Below are positions 62,130-64,000 of a stretch of 64,000 nucleotides of DNA, piece by piece. A program made the translations under genes and the position numbers. The notes under the pieces were generated by a model. That model saw nothing but the letters and a program-made list of their open reading frames with translations. It had not been told where the DNA came from and searched no databases. Source of the DNA: Flavobacteriales bacterium (GTDB taxonomy: Bacteria; Bacteroidota; Bacteroidia; Flavobacteriales_D; CAJJDF01). Where the stretch lies: NCBI GenBank assembly GCA_965660305.1, contig CBFHZD010000010.1:5591-69590 (forward strand), written 5' to 3'. Each line of letters starts with the position of its first letter. The stretch's first letter is position 1.

Positions 62130-63430
62130 ATACTTACAGTATTAATTTTTTTTATATGCCTATTCATTAACCAAAACACAACAAATGAGAGTGAGATATA
62201 GATGATTAAATACATATAGAAACTATATTGCATTCCTTCAATAGGTGTAACAGCATCTTTAGTCTTCATTACTCCATGTATTATCCATGGTTGTCTACCT
62301 AACTCAGTTACCAACCAACCTGCCTCTAATGCTATAAAGCCAAGAGGTGTCGCCAGTATAAAACTCATTAAAAAGAGTTTTTTACTTTGCCAATTAGGCT
62401 TTTTTAAACTAATTAAATAGAGAAAACCTAGGAACATTAAAAAAGTCCCAATTCCCACCATAATTTGAAATGAATAATGTGTTATTGAAACTGGCGGTCT
62501 TTCATCCTCTTGAAAATCGTTTAAACCCTTTACTTCAGAATTGAAGTCGCCAAAAGCCAAAAAAGATAGAGCTTTTGGAATGTGTAAGGCATATTTGACT
62601 TCCTTCGTTTTTTCATTTACTATCCCTCCTATTATTAGGTCTGCTCCCGAAGTAGTTTCGTAATGAGCTTCCATTGCTGCTAGTTTCGCAGGTTGTCTCA
62701 CTGCTATATCTTTCGCAGCTAAATCTCCACTTATTGGTATCAAAATAGCTCCAATTGAACCGAAGGCTAAGGCTATTTTGAATGCTGACTTATGAAATTC
62801 AACATTACGTTTTTTGTATACTTGGAATAAATGTAATCCTCCTACTGAAAATCCCACAGCTACAAAAGCAGCCAACGACATGTGAAGTGCCTGAGTAAAC
62901 CAGGCATCATTAAATAAGGCTTCAATTGGATTGATATTAATATACTCTCCATCTACAAAATCAAAACCACTAGGAGAGTTCATCCAGCCATTGGCTGCAA
63001 CTACAAGGATACCAGATGCTAATCCTGATACACCAACAATTAAACCTGTTGACCAATGAAACCACTTGTTTTTAATTTTTTTCCATCCGTACACATAAAA
63101 TCCGAAGGCGATTGCTTCAACAAAAAAGGCAGTACCTTCTAAAGAAAATGGCATTCCAATAATTGGCCCTGCATATTTCATAAATTCGGGCCATAATAAG
63201 CCCAATTCGAAGGAAAGCATTGTTCCGGAAACCGCACCTACAACAAAAAATATAGCTACCCCTTTTTGCCAAGCTTTTGTTAAATCTAGGAACTTCTTTT
63301 TTCCTGTATTCAGCCATTTATAATGAGCTACTATCATTAAAAAAGGCATAACCATACCTATGGCTGCAAATACTATGTGAAAAATCATAGAAGTGGCCAT
63401 TTGCATTCTTGCTGCTACTAAAGTATCCAT
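62126..63430 (-). CDS. cydA: Cytochrome bd ubiquinol oxidase subunit I
   Basis: ARMQMATSMIFHIVFAAIGM, a Q-loop region, GWLVTELGRQPW. 434 aa. Confidence 0.93.
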   Translation of the reverse strand: MDTLVAARMQMATSMIFHIVFAAIGMVMPFLMIVAHYKWLNTGKKKFLDLTKAWQKGVAIFFVVGAVSGTMLSFELGLLWPEFMKYAGPIIGMPFSLEGTAFFVEAIAFGFYVYGWKKIKNKWFHWSTGLIVGVSGLASGILVVAANGWMNSPSGFDFVDGEYININPIEALFNDAWFTQALHMSLAAFVAVGFSVGGLHLFQVYKKRNVEFHKSAFKIALAFGSIGAILIPISGDLAAKDIAVRQPAKLAAMEAHYETTSGADLIIGGIVNEKTKEVKYALHIPKALSFLAFGDFNSEVKGLNDFQEDERPPVSITHYSFQIMVGIGTFLMFLGFLYLISLKKPNWQSKKLFLMSFILATPLGFIALEAGWLVTELGRQPWIIHGVMKTKDAVTPIEGMQYSFYMYLIIYISLSFVVFWLMNRHIKKINTVSI

Positions 63431-63436
63431 AGTCTT

Positions 63437-63892
63437 ATTTTAGTTTAAATCTTTCGCTTTTATAACATAAAGTCCGTTCTCTTTTACCAACTTTTGGATT
63501 TTTTGTTACTTCATAAAACTCCTTTATCAATAGCTTCAGACAATCCCTTCATTAATGTGTTATCAATTTTTACACCTGCAGAAACGACTAAAAAATCATA
63601 TTTTATTTTAGTTCCTCCTTTTGTTTCTACTGTATTGTTTTCTGGTTCAATTTCTTATACGAACTATTTGTCCAATTAACCCCTTGAGGCATAACGGGTG
63701 CGATTGTTCGCTTAGTTTTTTTATGTCAAAAAAGAGCATTTATAAGGAGAAGTAAAAACCTCCCTTTATAAATGCTATTTTTATTTTCTTGGGAGTTTTT
63801 TACCCCCATTCAATGGCCACTATAAAGTCAAGTCCTCATAGACATCTAAACTGTCAGAAAACATCACTATATGAGTATCTTATATTCTCATT
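63437..63892 (-). pseudogene. Frameshifted, 3'-truncated remnant of an SQR-like FAD-dependent (pyridine nucleotide-disulfide oxidoreductase fold) gene
   Basis: My minus-strand translation gives two fragments. Frame A (63630-63725) reads HKKTKRTIAPVMPQGVNWTNSSYKKLNQKTIQ-stop. Frame B (63511-63654) reads EIEPENNTVETKGGTKIKYDFLVVSAGVKIDNTLMKGLSEAIDKGVL-stop. A 1-nt shift near 63655-63660 joins them into GVNW....EIEPENN..T..G..I.YD.LVV..G. A third frame continues with ..TKNPKVG... There are multiple stops in the first ~60 codons and no ORF of 60 aa or more on this strand. Confidence 0.6.
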
Positions 63893-64000
63893 TTATAATG
63901 TTGTTGGGCAAACATAATCTGACACTTCTATATCTGTATTTTTAATTGCACCAAAGCCTCCTTTTACATCTACAAGATTGTGAATACCTCTAGATTTCAA
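63893..64000 (-). CDS. Rhodanese-domain protein, C-terminal 35 codons only (the gene continues beyond the window)
   Basis: The minus strand reads LKSRGIHNLVDVKGGFGAIKNTDIEVSDYVCPTTL-TAA. This resembles the typical rhodanese C-terminal L...G..NV..L.GG..AW-like block. Confidence 0.6.
   Translation of the reverse strand: MKSRGIHNLVDVKGGFGAIKNTDIEVSDYVCPTTL

Noticed and set aside
63494-63679. 61-aa plus-strand ORF in the cydA-rhodanese spacer
   Set aside because: It is antisense to the much more protein-like SQR-type fragments on the minus strand and has a low-complexity, hydrophobic composition.

Overview
The window reads as a low-GC chromosomal segment from a Bacteroidota (Flavobacteriia-like) genome. 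The lineage call rests on T9SS type-A and type-B C-terminal sorting domains, a PorP/SprF gene, type III glutamine synthetase, DUF6090/DUF4286/DUF4924-type proteins and TAnnTTTG-like promoter boxes. Most of the window is densely packed housekeeping: glnA(III), coaD, gltA, msrB, gyrA, clpC, topB, a DEAD-box helicase, dapA, ligA, prmC, dapD, hutH, hisS, glyA, an fdx/FNR pair, yidD and cydAB. There are three tRNA genes (Leu-GAG and two identical Lys-UUU) and many clear hairpin/T-run terminators. I saw no CRISPR array, rRNA or prophage. Five regions are not ordinary. (1) Right end, 58.3-64.0 kb: a sulfur module. cydAB is followed by a split YeeE/YedE-type transporter whose two halves are separated by an outer-membrane porin gene, and is preceded by a rhodanese gene. 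Between rhodanese and cydA lies a frameshifted, truncated remnant of an SQR-like flavoprotein gene that the ORF track does not show. (2) 8.05-13.3 kb: a tight minus-strand operon of a secreted phage-tail-collar/HxH fibre-like protein, a T9SS type-B cargo, PorP/SprF and a PD40-OmpA protein. The last gene is split by one in-frame TGA at a position where I expect Trp. (3) 31.7-33.0 kb: a RAYT/IS200-like HUH gene sits inside a tRNA cluster and is preceded by three repeat classes, including a perfect 20-bp palindrome. (4) 54.07-58.73 kb: a gene-poor AT-rich islet with stacked terminators, a G8 tract, small membrane-protein genes and a 4 x 81-bp tandem repeat that is open on both strands. (5) Several atypical domain architectures: GT2 fused to a catalytically gutted phosphoglycosyl-transferase-like module, an SDR with an N-terminal Cys4 module coupled to a DsbA-like gene, and a thioredoxin fold without CxxC. 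All family assignments come from motif recognition by eye. No searches were run.
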